NCBI RefSeq assembly: GCF_014396165.1
Contig: NZ_CP060715.1
Coordinates: 1,860,001-1,892,000 of the forward strand
Reading direction: 5' to 3'
Length of the DNA: 32,000 bases
From: Erysipelothrix inopinata
GTDB taxonomy: Bacteria; Bacillota_I; Bacilli_A; Erysipelotrichales; Erysipelotrichaceae
Positions 21,187 to 30,330 of this stretch are shown piece by piece. Position 1 is the first letter of the stretch; every line of letters begins with the position of its first letter. The position numbers were made by a program, and so were the translations under genes. A model generated the notes under the pieces. It worked only from the letters and a program-made list of their open reading frames with translations. It did no database searches and was not told the DNA's origin.

Positions 21187-23496
21187 TTATTGAAAATAAT
21201 TCTTTGTTTTAAGATAAGATTCAAACACTTTATGATATAACAACAAGATTACAGTACTTAGCGCTGTCAGTGCAATACATAACTGTGTTTCAATTGGATT
21301 AAGGTGTACGAGCATTAACTGACGATAGAAGACGTAACAAACACTAATCAAGCAAAAGCTAGATAAGAGAAGGACTCCGACACGCTTAAGATCCATTGGA
21401 TGGAACGCACGTACTACTAACATAAATGATAAGTACACTGTTACAAAGTAAATCATTGTATGTCTTACGGGTAGTGGCAATGGTAAGAGTAAGATGATGA
21501 CAAATAAGGTAGCCATTGTCATACCATTTGGAATAATATTCCGACATATTTCTACCATAATATTGCCTTTAGGTTTCGTATAATTACTTTCAAATGTCAC
21601 AAACGTTGATGGCATTCCTTCTACAAACATACTCATTACTGAAATTTGTAGTGGTGTAAATGGATACGATGTATTCATTACGATTGATACGATGGCTAAT
21701 AAGAATGTAAGTAACGTTCCAAGATAATACATTGACGCCGATCGCGAAATGTTATTTGTAACGAGTCGCCCTTCCATGACAACATCAACCATTGTTTTAA
21801 ATTCGTTATCTAAGAGAATGATTTGCGCTGCTTGGCGGGCTGCTTCGCTACCGCCACCCATGGCGATCGAACAATCCGCTGAACGAAGCGCAAGAACATC
21901 ATTAACCCCATCTCCTACCATCGCAACACGTTCTCCATTTTTCTGAAGAAGCTTAACCATAGTTTGTTTTTGATATGGTGAAGCACGACCTATAACATTA
22001 TAGTTCATAACAGCATATTCTAATTCTTCATCCGTAGTACACTCACTCACATCATAAGCACGGTGCCCATTGATAATTCCTGTTTTAGAAGCGACAGCGG
22101 TAAGTGTCTTAATGTTGTCTCCCGAAATAACTTTAACGATGACTTCATTGTTTTTAAAGAAGTCGAGTGCATCATACACATCTTCACGAATTGGATCCGA
22201 TATGATGATAACTCCGTAAGGTTTGAGACTTGTTGGTTTATCTGTTGAACGGATAAACTCAGGAGTGAATGCCAATAAAAGCACTCGAGCACCCTGTGAT
22301 TGATAGTTTAAAGCTTCATCAGGCAGGATGTAGTTCGGAATTAAAAATTCAGGCGCTCCAACAAAGATAGTTCCTAAATCATCAAAGCACATGGAACCCC
22401 ATTTTCTTGAAGAAGAGAACGGTGTCGTGTGTGATGGTTCAGATGTATGATCTGTTTCCACATATTTCTTCATCGCAAGGGTTGTGAAGTCTGTATCACG
22501 GGTGTTGCTCATATATCGTGACATCATATCACTGACGGACTCTAAAGATTCAACATTGATAATCTTCTCGACTGCCATTTCGCCCTTTGTTAACGTCCCA
22601 GTCTTATCAATACATAGGACATCAACTTTCGATAATGTTTCAATTGAGTATATTTCCTGAACAAGCGTTCGCTGTTTTCCTAATCTGAAAACACTGACTC
22701 CAAACGACAGGCTCGTCAAGAGAATAAGACCTTTTGGTAAAAGTCCCAACAATACAGTCGACGTTGATAACACTGTGAATCGAAGGCTTTCGCCACGAAT
22801 GACCATAGATTGGAACACAAGAATGATACCAATTGGGAGAACTATACGAACGCACCAACGTGTGACACGCATAAATGCTTCCATTAATTCCGATTTAACA
22901 GGTTCATGTTGTCGTGCTTCAACGGTAATCTTTTGTGCAAAGGAATCCTTACCGACACGAACAACCTGAGCGACACATGTTCCTGATGTCACAAAGCTTC
23001 CCGATAGCAGTTCAGAACCAGGGTATTTCATGACAGCTTCAGACTCTCCAGTAAGGAGTGACTCATTCATTTCAACATTGTCTTCAACGACAACAGAGTC
23101 TGCTGCTACTTGATCTCCAATTTGTAAATAAAGATAATCACCCAACACCACTTCTTCCGGCGATATTTTTATCAGTTTACCATCACGGATAACTTTTGTA
23201 TCAGCCGCAATTAAGATATTTAGATTTTCAACGATTTTCTTCGATCTAATTTCTTGATAGGAACGAATCCCAATGTTCATAATAATAACATTGAGAAAGA
23301 ATACAGATAAATATTCTTGAACCGCGATTAAGAATCCTGCAATGATAACATTGTAAAGATTGAACAGATTAAAAGTATGACCCAATACAATTTGCAGGTC
23401 ACTTTTATTTTTCTGTTTGGGAATGGTATTAACATGTCCCAAATCAATTTGTTCTTGTACTTGTTGTTGCGTTAATCCGCGATGTTTTGATTCCAT
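21187..23496 (-). CDS. P-type (E1-E2) ATPase, P2-like architecture with an atypical TM4 motif PKGL
   Basis: TGES (LTGESEAV), phosphorylation site CIDKTGTLT, hinge MVGDGVNDVLAL. TM4 reads LLPKGLILL. Confidence 0.9.
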   Translation of the reverse strand: MESKHRGLTQQQVQEQIDLGHVNTIPKQKNKSDLQIVLGHTFNLFNLYNVIIAGFLIAVQEYLSVFFLNVIIMNIGIRSYQEIRSKKIVENLNILIAADTKVIRDGKLIKISPEEVVLGDYLYLQIGDQVAADSVVVEDNVEMNESLLTGESEAVMKYPGSELLSGSFVTSGTCVAQVVRVGKDSFAQKITVEARQHEPVKSELMEAFMRVTRWCVRIVLPIGIILVFQSMVIRGESLRFTVLSTSTVLLGLLPKGLILLTSLSFGVSVFRLGKQRTLVQEIYSIETLSKVDVLCIDKTGTLTKGEMAVEKIINVESLESVSDMMSRYMSNTRDTDFTTLAMKKYVETDHTSEPSHTTPFSSSRKWGSMCFDDLGTIFVGAPEFLIPNYILPDEALNYQSQGARVLLLAFTPEFIRSTDKPTSLKPYGVIIISDPIREDVYDALDFFKNNEVIVKVISGDNIKTLTAVASKTGIINGHRAYDVSECTTDEELEYAVMNYNVIGRASPYQKQTMVKLLQKNGERVAMVGDGVNDVLALRSADCSIAMGGGSEAARQAAQIILLDNEFKTMVDVVMEGRLVTNNISRSASMYYLGTLLTFLLAIVSIVMNTSYPFTPLQISVMSMFVEGMPSTFVTFESNYTKPKGNIMVEICRNIIPNGMTMATLFVIILLLPLPLPVRHTMIYFVTVYLSFMLVVRAFHPMDLKRVGVLLLSSFCLISVCYVFYRQLMLVHLNPIETQLCIALTALSTVILLLYHKVFESYLKTKNYFQ

Positions 23497-23508
23497 AATT
23501 TCACGATC

Positions 23509-24327
23509 CTATAGTTTAATATCATCAATGTGTTTGGGTTTACGTGCTCTTTCAGGTGGTAACTCTTCGTAGTGTTCACCATAATTCGCAACTAAAAATT
23601 CATGTTGGTTACCGGGTACAGGAAGGACATGTCCTTCAAAGACACCGTCTACCGGAGGGAAATAATCTGTGAATTGAATGCGTCGATCTTTAATACCTTC
23701 ATACGGCCATGTAATTGCAATGGCAGCATAAGGTGAATTTGCTTTCTGATTCTTGTCATTGTAGCGACGCGCTCTATTAACATAGTGACGTTTTAATGCG
23801 ACGGGATTAATCCCAATGTTTTCAATGAAAACAAGCAATCCCATCAAGAAAATGGAGTAAGCAATTTTTGATTGTTGAACCCATTTCTTTGTAGAGACAT
23901 GCGAGATAATAAAGATATCAATAAATAATCCATCTCCATCACATTTATTTCGAAGTAAGTAATTTTGTTCTTTGATGTAAGTACCCTTCATTCTAAATTT
24001 TAATGCAGGGATAGTTACATTATAACGAGTGTCATTTTCAAAACAGTGATAATAATATGAACTTTCATCCGTTATTTCTTCACTCAAAGCAATTAAAAGT
24101 TTGTCGTAGTTTTCGTAGTCCATCATAACATCTACATCATCATCCCAAGGAATAAATCCTTTATGGCGATGTGCTCCAAGTGCTGTACCATAACCAAGTG
24201 AATATTCAATATCATGTTTTTTACAAATTGCATCAAAATCCAAGAGAATTTTCAAGATTAATTCTTGAGTATCTCGGAGCATTATTTTGCTTCCGTCTTC
24301 ATTAACTTTTAATACATAATCTTCCAT
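23509..24327 (-). CDS. LicD-family (phosphocholine/phosphoalditol) transferase
   Basis: The motif YSLGYGTALGAHRHKGFIPWDDDVDVMM is characteristic of LicD. 272 aa. Only 12 nt separate it from the ATPase start. Confidence 0.8.
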   Translation of the reverse strand: MEDYVLKVNEDGSKIMLRDTQELILKILLDFDAICKKHDIEYSLGYGTALGAHRHKGFIPWDDDVDVMMDYENYDKLLIALSEEITDESSYYYHCFENDTRYNVTIPALKFRMKGTYIKEQNYLLRNKCDGDGLFIDIFIISHVSTKKWVQQSKIAYSIFLMGLLVFIENIGINPVALKRHYVNRARRYNDKNQKANSPYAAIAITWPYEGIKDRRIQFTDYFPPVDGVFEGHVLPVPGNQHEFLVANYGEHYEELPPERARKPKHIDDIKL

Positions 24328-24440
24328 ACATTACCCTCTAATCGTTTCTATTATATATAAATTTATTCACTTATTTCTTACACTTATGTCACGTTCTTTT
24401 CAAGTGTATCATATCTTTAATACAATATAAACAAAAAGGG

Positions 24441-24983
24441 TTACCCCTTTTCATAATATCTTACAACTGTTTTACTATATTTTTTTAAATTAACACAACC
24501 AAATCCTGAGATTTTTTCTGGAAGATCATATCTTAAATCTGTTTCAACGATTATAAGCCCCGACTCTTCGACAATTTGATTATCTATAATCATCTTAATG
24601 ATTGTCTCTGTATGTTCATATGCATACGGAGGGTCGATAAAGATATAATCAAATGTTTGTGGTAATTGTTCAAGTATTTTTAGACTGTCTCCTTTAATAA
24701 GTTGACAGTTTTCATTTTCATTGAAAGCATCTATATTTTTTTGAATCATCTTTGAAGCGCGAATATCTTTTTCAAGAATGGTTACGCGTTTCATACCGCG
24801 ACTTAAAGCTTCGAGTGACATTGCCCCACTTCCTCCAAAAACATCGAGAAAGGTTTCATCATTAAAGTAGGGTCCAATTTTACTAAAAATTGCTGCACGA
24901 ACTTTGTCAGATGTAGGACGCGTTGTCATTCCTTTTAAAGTTTCAATATTTCGTGATCCGTATTTTCCGGCAATTACTCTCAT
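24441..24983 (-). CDS. rsmD: 16S rRNA (guanine966-N2)-methyltransferase RsmD
   Basis: MRVIAGKYGSR...TRPTSDKVR..IF...FGGSGA...FIDPPY motifs. Its start ATG overlaps the upstream TGA (ATGA). Confidence 0.85.
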   Translation of the reverse strand: MRVIAGKYGSRNIETLKGMTTRPTSDKVRAAIFSKIGPYFNDETFLDVFGGSGAMSLEALSRGMKRVTILEKDIRASKMIQKNIDAFNENENCQLIKGDSLKILEQLPQTFDYIFIDPPYAYEHTETIIKMIIDNQIVEESGLIIVETDLRYDLPEKISGFGCVNLKKYSKTVVRYYEKG

Positions 24984-26197
24984 TGTTGTACCACCTTTTT
25001 TTGTTTAGCAAGTGTTTGTTCACGATGGTATCGTGCAATTACATTTTGAACCAATCCAATCGCAATCATTATTGCAAGACGACTGGATCCTCCAGATGAG
25101 ATGAAAAGTAACGGAACACCTGTTAACGGAATAAAGGCTGATAAACCACCCACATTAAAGAAGAAGTGAATCATGATATACGCCGCGGTACCCACGAGTA
25201 TAATTTTATCTTTTTCGCTTTTGACTTTGAATGCATATTTAAACATATTATAGATTAGGATACCGTAGCCAACAATGATAATTCCAAATCCAACAATCCC
25301 TAATTCTTCAATTACGATGGCTAAGATGAAGTCAGTGTTTGCTTCTGGAATATAGCCGTATTTCATCAAACTATTACCATATCCTAAACCAAACCAACCC
25401 CCTTTAGTCATTGATACAAGACCATAAAAGATTTGCATACTATTACCATAAATATCGTGAAGTGGATCCGCACTTGTTTGAAAACGCGCTAGCATATAAG
25501 GCTTCCCAATCTTCGTAAAGATACTTTCAATCATTTTAAACCCAAAGGGTGTATCGATAAAGAACAGGAATGCGAATGCGAAGAGAAGCAATCCAAACAT
25601 CCATTTTTGCGTCTTCGTAAGTTTTGAATTCGATGGAACGAGAATACAGAGATAACCAATCCCCAAGATTACAACCGCTGACCCCAAATCAGACTGCAAG
25701 ACTGTAATAACCCCTACAGCAAATAGAATAAATAAGACTGGAACCATTAAGAGTTGCCACCACTTCTTATCTCTTTCCCCTCGCTTATCACCTAACGTAT
25801 AAGCAACAGTCAGAATAACAATAATCTTCGTGAACTCACTCGGTTGAATCGTCATAAACGGAAGTTGAATCCATGCTTTTGCACCATTAACTCCTGAGAA
25901 GGCCAGTGGAACAAAGAGCATAACCGCTGTAATTCCTAATATAAAATAGAAATATTTACCAAATAACTTCATTGAAAAGTTACGAGCAACGAAAACCATT
26001 AAGATATAAGATATTATTACAAAGATAAATTCTTTGATTCCCGCTATCATTAAAGATTGAGTGGTTGATGTTGTACTCATACTTGCTGAAATAATCATTA
26101 CCACACCAAAAAGATTCAATGCAAGAATCGTTGCATGAATTAATTTACTATAACCTGTCGGCATTTTTAAAGAAATCTTATTTTTTTTCATAGCCAT
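24980..26197 (-). CDS. FtsW/RodA/SpoVE (SEDS) family peptidoglycan polymerase
   Basis: 10-TM SEDS pattern (QPSEFTKI, GSA..ILGIGY, PLTGVPLLFISSGGSS). The start is ambiguous between ATG 26197 and ATG 26191. No SD. Confidence 0.85.
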   Translation of the reverse strand: MAMKKNKISLKMPTGYSKLIHATILALNLFGVVMIISASMSTTSTTQSLMIAGIKEFIFVIISYILMVFVARNFSMKLFGKYFYFILGITAVMLFVPLAFSGVNGAKAWIQLPFMTIQPSEFTKIIVILTVAYTLGDKRGERDKKWWQLLMVPVLFILFAVGVITVLQSDLGSAVVILGIGYLCILVPSNSKLTKTQKWMFGLLLFAFAFLFFIDTPFGFKMIESIFTKIGKPYMLARFQTSADPLHDIYGNSMQIFYGLVSMTKGGWFGLGYGNSLMKYGYIPEANTDFILAIVIEELGIVGFGIIIVGYGILIYNMFKYAFKVKSEKDKIILVGTAAYIMIHFFFNVGGLSAFIPLTGVPLLFISSGGSSRLAIMIAIGLVQNVIARYHREQTLAKQKKVVQQ

Positions 26198-26268
26198 ATA
26201 ATACCATAAAAATGGCGAAAGACTTCCAAAAAAGTCAGAAATGCGTTAATATACTATAAAGAGTTTGT

Positions 26269-26298
26269 TTTACATCTTTGTAAATAATATCTCATAAT
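26269..26298 (+). promoter_or_regulatory. Putative sigma-A promoter of def-rnj
   Basis: TTTACA (26269-26274), 18 nt, CATAAT (26293-26298), 37 nt upstream of the def ATG. Confidence 0.4.
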
Positions 26299-26335
26299 AT
26301 ATTTTTTTAATGTTTATTAGAAATAGAGGCAACCT

Positions 26336-26908
26336 ATGAATAGAATCACTATGGACAATATTGTCCAAGACCCAAACCCTGTTCTGCGTCAAAAAGCAGA
26401 GTGGGTATCTTTTCCTTTGCAATCTGATGATATTGAAGCTATTGAAGCTATGATTCAATATGTTAACGATTCAAGGGACGACGAATTGGCTGAAAAGTAC
26501 AATTTACAACCTGCCAATGGTATTGCAGCACCACAAATCGGTATTTCAAAACAAATGACAGTCGTTGTTGTGGAAGTTCCAACCAAAGATGGTGGCGTTA
26601 CTGAAGTGTCTTATGCACTTATTAATCCGAAAATCGTGTCACATGCTGTGAAGCAAGCAGCGTTATCATATGGCGAAGGATGTTTATCCATTAGTGAAGA
26701 ACACCCTGGCCTTGTTCGTCGTGCACAACGCATCACGATCGAAGCTTACGATTATATTACAAAAAAAGATGTGCGAATTGTCGCTAAAGACATGCTCGCA
26801 ATAGTATTACAACATGAAATAGACCATTTAAACGGCGTACTCTTTTATGATCACATCGATCAAAATAATCTCTGGGTAGCTGAAGAGGGTCTTAAAATTA
26901 TAGAATAG
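26336..26908 (+). CDS. def: Peptide deformylase
   Basis: The three PDF motifs: GIAAPQIG, EGCLS, HEIDHLNG. Confidence 0.93.
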   Translation: MNRITMDNIVQDPNPVLRQKAEWVSFPLQSDDIEAIEAMIQYVNDSRDDELAEKYNLQPANGIAAPQIGISKQMTVVVVEVPTKDGGVTEVSYALINPKIVSHAVKQAALSYGEGCLSISEEHPGLVRRAQRITIEAYDYITKKDVRIVAKDMLAIVLQHEIDHLNGVLFYDHIDQNNLWVAEEGLKIIE

Positions 26909-26916
26909 GAGTCATT

Positions 26917-28767
26917 ATGACAGAAACTAATTTTAAAATAAAAAAATCTGATACCCTCGTCTATGCACTTGGGGGTCTCAATGAAGTCGGGAAAAATATG
27001 TACTGTATTGAAAACGACGATGAAATCATCATTATCGATGCAGGTGTTATGTTCCCAGAAGATGATTTATTGGGTGTTGACTATGTAATCCCCGATTTTT
27101 CACATCTCATTGCTAATCAAAAGAAAATTAAAGCATTAATTATTACTCACGGTCACGAAGACCATATAGGAGGCATCCCCTTCTTATTACAACGTGTAAA
27201 TATTCCTAACATTTATGCACCTAAATTTGCGAAAGCTCAAATTGAAAGAAAACTTGAGGAACGCAAGATCCGTACAAAACATAAAATCATCGAAATTAAC
27301 GCAGATTCAACAGTTAAAACAAAACATTTCGTGATTGGGTTCTTTAACGTTGTGCACTCGATTCCTGATGCACTCGGCGTTTTAGTCAATACACCAAACG
27401 GACGTATCGTATCGACAGGTGACTTTAAATTTGACTTGACACCAGTTGGTGAAAATCCAAGTTACCAAATTATGTCCTATATGGGAGAAATCGGTGTAAC
27501 ACTTCTCATGAGCGATTCAACAAATGCTCAAGTAAGTGGCTTTTCCATTAGTGAACGTGATGTTGCTAAAGAAATCAACCGTATCTTTAAAAAAGCAGAT
27601 GGACGCATTATCATTGCGACATTCGCTTCAAACGTCTATCGTGTTCAACAAATTATCGAAGCAGCGATTGCATCCGATCGCAAAATCGCAATTTTTGGAC
27701 GTTCAATGGAAAACGTTGTTGGAATTGCTCGTAAACTCGGACATATTGAAGCTTCCGATAAAAACTTCGTGAATGCCCATCAATTAAGCAAACTCCCTGC
27801 TGAAAAAGCTTGTATTATCTGTACAGGTAGCCAAGGAGAACCTCTTGCTGCGTTGAGTCGAATTGCAAATGGAACTCACCGTCAAATTAATATTATGCCT
27901 GGCGATACTGTGGTCTTCTCATCCAGTCCAATCCCTGGGAACGCAACAAGCGTATCTCATGTTGTAAACCAATTGACACGAGCAGGTGCTAAAGTTCTTA
28001 CAAACTCACCACTTAACTCACTTCATACAACAGGTCATGCTTCTAAAGATGAACAAACACTGATGTTGCAATTGATTAAACCAAAGTACTTTATGCCAAT
28101 GCACGGTGAGTACAAGATGTTGAAAACTCACAAACAAACTGCTATTGAAACTGGAGTTCCTGAGGAAAATGTGTTTGTATGTTCAAACGGTGATGTTATC
28201 GCACTTCGAAACGAGAAAGCATATCAAACCGACTTGAGACTTCAAGCAGACGACATCTATGTTGATGGTAATGATCAAACAGGCCTCTCAACTGCAGTTA
28301 TTAAAGACCGTAAAATTTTATCTGATAGTGGCCTTGTCTCAGTTGTCGTAACCATCGACTCTCGTCAAAATAAGATTCTATGTAAACCAAGTATTGTAAG
28401 CCGTGGGTTTGTCTTTATTAAAGAAAACCAAACACTTCTAAAAGAAGCTGAACAAGTCGTTTACGATGCACTTAAGAAAAAAATGCAAAAGAAAGTTACT
28501 TTCGGAGAAATTAAAAACACAATCCGCGGCTCTCTTGAACCATTCTTATACAAACACACACAAAGAAATCCCCTTGTTATTCCAGTTATCTTAAACCAAA
28601 GAAGTGATACACCGCTTCCAAAAGTTAATGAAAAACCTCAAAAACAAAACAAGCCAAAAACAAAACCAAAACAAAATAAAACTAAAGATGCAGCTGAGCA
28701 AAAACCTAAGGCTAATAAACCAAAACAGCCGAAGAAAAAAGCTCCAAAAGTAAATGAAGAAGCATAA
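26917..28767 (+). CDS. rnj: Ribonuclease J with a 55-aa Lys/Pro/Gln-rich C-terminal tail
   Basis: Metallo-beta-lactamase HGHEDHIGG, beta-CASP and C-terminal domain. The tail occupies 28600-28764. Confidence 0.92.
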   Translation: MTETNFKIKKSDTLVYALGGLNEVGKNMYCIENDDEIIIIDAGVMFPEDDLLGVDYVIPDFSHLIANQKKIKALIITHGHEDHIGGIPFLLQRVNIPNIYAPKFAKAQIERKLEERKIRTKHKIIEINADSTVKTKHFVIGFFNVVHSIPDALGVLVNTPNGRIVSTGDFKFDLTPVGENPSYQIMSYMGEIGVTLLMSDSTNAQVSGFSISERDVAKEINRIFKKADGRIIIATFASNVYRVQQIIEAAIASDRKIAIFGRSMENVVGIARKLGHIEASDKNFVNAHQLSKLPAEKACIICTGSQGEPLAALSRIANGTHRQINIMPGDTVVFSSSPIPGNATSVSHVVNQLTRAGAKVLTNSPLNSLHTTGHASKDEQTLMLQLIKPKYFMPMHGEYKMLKTHKQTAIETGVPEENVFVCSNGDVIALRNEKAYQTDLRLQADDIYVDGNDQTGLSTAVIKDRKILSDSGLVSVVVTIDSRQNKILCKPSIVSRGFVFIKENQTLLKEAEQVVYDALKKKMQKKVTFGEIKNTIRGSLEPFLYKHTQRNPLVIPVILNQRSDTPLPKVNEKPQKQNKPKTKPKQNKTKDAAEQKPKANKPKQPKKKAPKVNEEA

Positions 28768-29578
28768 ACGTCGCATTATCTTTGTCTTGGTTCTGGCTTT
28801 AATATCAACCTATCTGTTTTTTGAGATGACTCAGTTTGCCCCGAATCGATATAAATTAAGAATCGAAACGGTTCAATCCGAAAAAATACCCGAACAATTT
28901 AATAATGTCTCAATTGCTTTCTTTTCAGATATTTATGGTGATACTGAACATTTGAAACAAGCCATTGAATCAATCAATGATTTCAATCCCGATATTATTA
29001 TTTTTAATGGGAATCTCTTCGATACGATTCCTACTGAAGAGCAAGGAAATGAGTATACTGCATTATTCAAATCAATGAAGTCTAAACTAGGAAAATTTGC
29101 AGTCCTTGGTAATAAGGACTATGAACTTTCATTTGAGACTTCACAAAACATCCTTAATAAAGCTGATTTTAGAGTCTTGAGCAATCAAGCTCTGACCATT
29201 CATAATGGTGATGACGCTCGAATTAAGCTAACGGGTTTAGATTCAAACACTCTTAATAAAGAAAGTTTAGATTCCATCTTAACCGAAGATGACTCTGAGC
29301 TATTCGATATTGTGTTTGCTCATAACCCCGATATTATTGATAGCCTTTCCAGTAACTATATTGATTTATTTCTTGCTGGAAAATCGTTGGGTGGACGTGT
29401 TGTAATTCCGTTTGTTGGACCTATTTTGGATTCACCAAAGCACTACAAACGAATCTCTAAAGTCAATGACACCCCACTCATTATTACTTCAGGACTTGGA
29501 CTTGATGATCCAGAACTCAGACTATTCTCTAATCCTGAAACTGTTATCGTTGTCTTAAAATCCGGCAATAAAAACTAA
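28754..29578 (+). CDS. Membrane-anchored metallophosphoesterase (YkuE-like)
   Basis: N-terminal TM anchor, FSDIYGD and GNKDY calcineurin-like motifs. The ATG overlaps the rnj 3' end by 14 nt. Confidence 0.75.
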   Translation: MKKHKRRIIFVLVLALISTYLFFEMTQFAPNRYKLRIETVQSEKIPEQFNNVSIAFFSDIYGDTEHLKQAIESINDFNPDIIIFNGNLFDTIPTEEQGNEYTALFKSMKSKLGKFAVLGNKDYELSFETSQNILNKADFRVLSNQALTIHNGDDARIKLTGLDSNTLNKESLDSILTEDDSELFDIVFAHNPDIIDSLSSNYIDLFLAGKSLGGRVVIPFVGPILDSPKHYKRISKVNDTPLIITSGLGLDDPELRLFSNPETVIVVLKSGNKN

Positions 29579-29580
29579 AA

Positions 29581-29619
29581 AGAATCAGTACCGCAATAAT
29601 GCGCTACTGATTCTTTTTG
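29581..29619 (+). terminator. Rho-independent terminator
   Basis: 10-bp stem AGAATCAGTA/TACTGATTCT (29581-29590 / 29605-29614) plus 3 inner pairs, then TTTTT. Confidence 0.78.
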
Positions 29620-29630
29620 TGAGGAAAAGA

Positions 29631-29660
29631 TTGACTTCACTATATACATCGTAATACAAT
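29631..29660 (+). promoter_or_regulatory. Putative sigma-A promoter of the padR operon
   Basis: TTGACT (29631-29636), 18 nt, TACAAT (29655-29660). Confidence 0.5.
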
Positions 29661-29667
29661 GTATATA
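29641..29667. promoter_or_regulatory. Perfect 9-bp inverted repeat, probable PadR autoregulatory operator
   Basis: TATATACAT-N9-ATGTATATA spans the promoter spacer and the -10 box. It contains ACAT/ATGT half-sites of the kind used by PadR-family proteins. Confidence 0.55.
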
Positions 29668-29681
29668 GTAAGGAGATGTAT

Positions 29682-30032
29682 ATGATAGATAAAGAAATGC
29701 TCAAAGGAATTATGAAAATACTGGTTCTAAAAGTAATTAGCCTTGAAGATACTTATGGATACGACTTAATAAAGACATTAAAAATGTTGAGTCATGATCT
29801 TATCGATATCAAAGAAGGAACTCTCTATCCGATACTCCATAATTTTGAAGCTCAAAAAGATATTCGAAGTTATTGGATAGAAAGTGATAAAGGTCGCAAG
29901 CGCAAGTATTATTCAATAACCGACAAAGGATTGCAAACACTCACCGAACTAACATCGCAATGGCAGCTGTTAGAAGAAGCCACTCACTTAATATTGGAGG
30001 GAAATCATGGAACCGTTAAGAAAAATAGCTAA
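29682..30032 (+). CDS. PadR family transcriptional regulator
   Basis: The winged-helix signature YGYDLIK....S......EGTLYPILHNFE...I..YW.......RKYYSIT. ATG 29682 lies 6 nt after AGGAG. Confidence 0.87.
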   Translation: MIDKEMLKGIMKILVLKVISLEDTYGYDLIKTLKMLSHDLIDIKEGTLYPILHNFEAQKDIRSYWIESDKGRKRKYYSITDKGLQTLTELTSQWQLLEEATHLILEGNHGTVKKNS

Positions 30033-30318
30033 AGATGCTACTAAAAATATTGATGATGTTTTTGAACGTAAGCAAGCGGAAACCGAAATCTATACTTCCC
30101 TTATGGACGCCTACGATCACGAAATGCTACAACAGAACAATTCCGAGAAGGCAATCCAGACAGTCGTTGATAATTTTGGCTACGAAGATCAAATGAGTGA
30201 TGAATTAAAACAAGCACACTTGAGAAAACTCGGCTTAAAACAAATTCTATACCTTTGTTCAGCAACATTAGTCTTCTTCATTCTGTTATATTTACTTGTT
30301 TTTTGGCTGTTTAGCTAA
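30007..30318 (+). CDS. PadR-associated small protein: helical soluble N-domain plus a C-terminal TM anchor
   Basis: GGAGGG SD. Overlaps padR by 26 nt. The architecture resembles DUF1700-like partners of PadR. Confidence 0.5.
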   Translation: MEPLRKIAKDATKNIDDVFERKQAETEIYTSLMDAYDHEMLQQNNSEKAIQTVVDNFGYEDQMSDELKQAHLRKLGLKQILYLCSATLVFFILLYLLVFWLFS

Positions 30319-30330
30319 GGAGGATTTAAA

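Noticed and set aside
26270-26458. 62-aa minus-strand ORF across the def promoter and start
   Set aside because: It overlaps the def start and the probable def promoter, has no SD, and its sequence is low-complexity.
28591-28776. 61-aa Phe/Leu-rich minus-strand ORF
   Set aside because: It is the reverse-complement artefact of the Lys-rich (AAA/AAG) RNase J tail.
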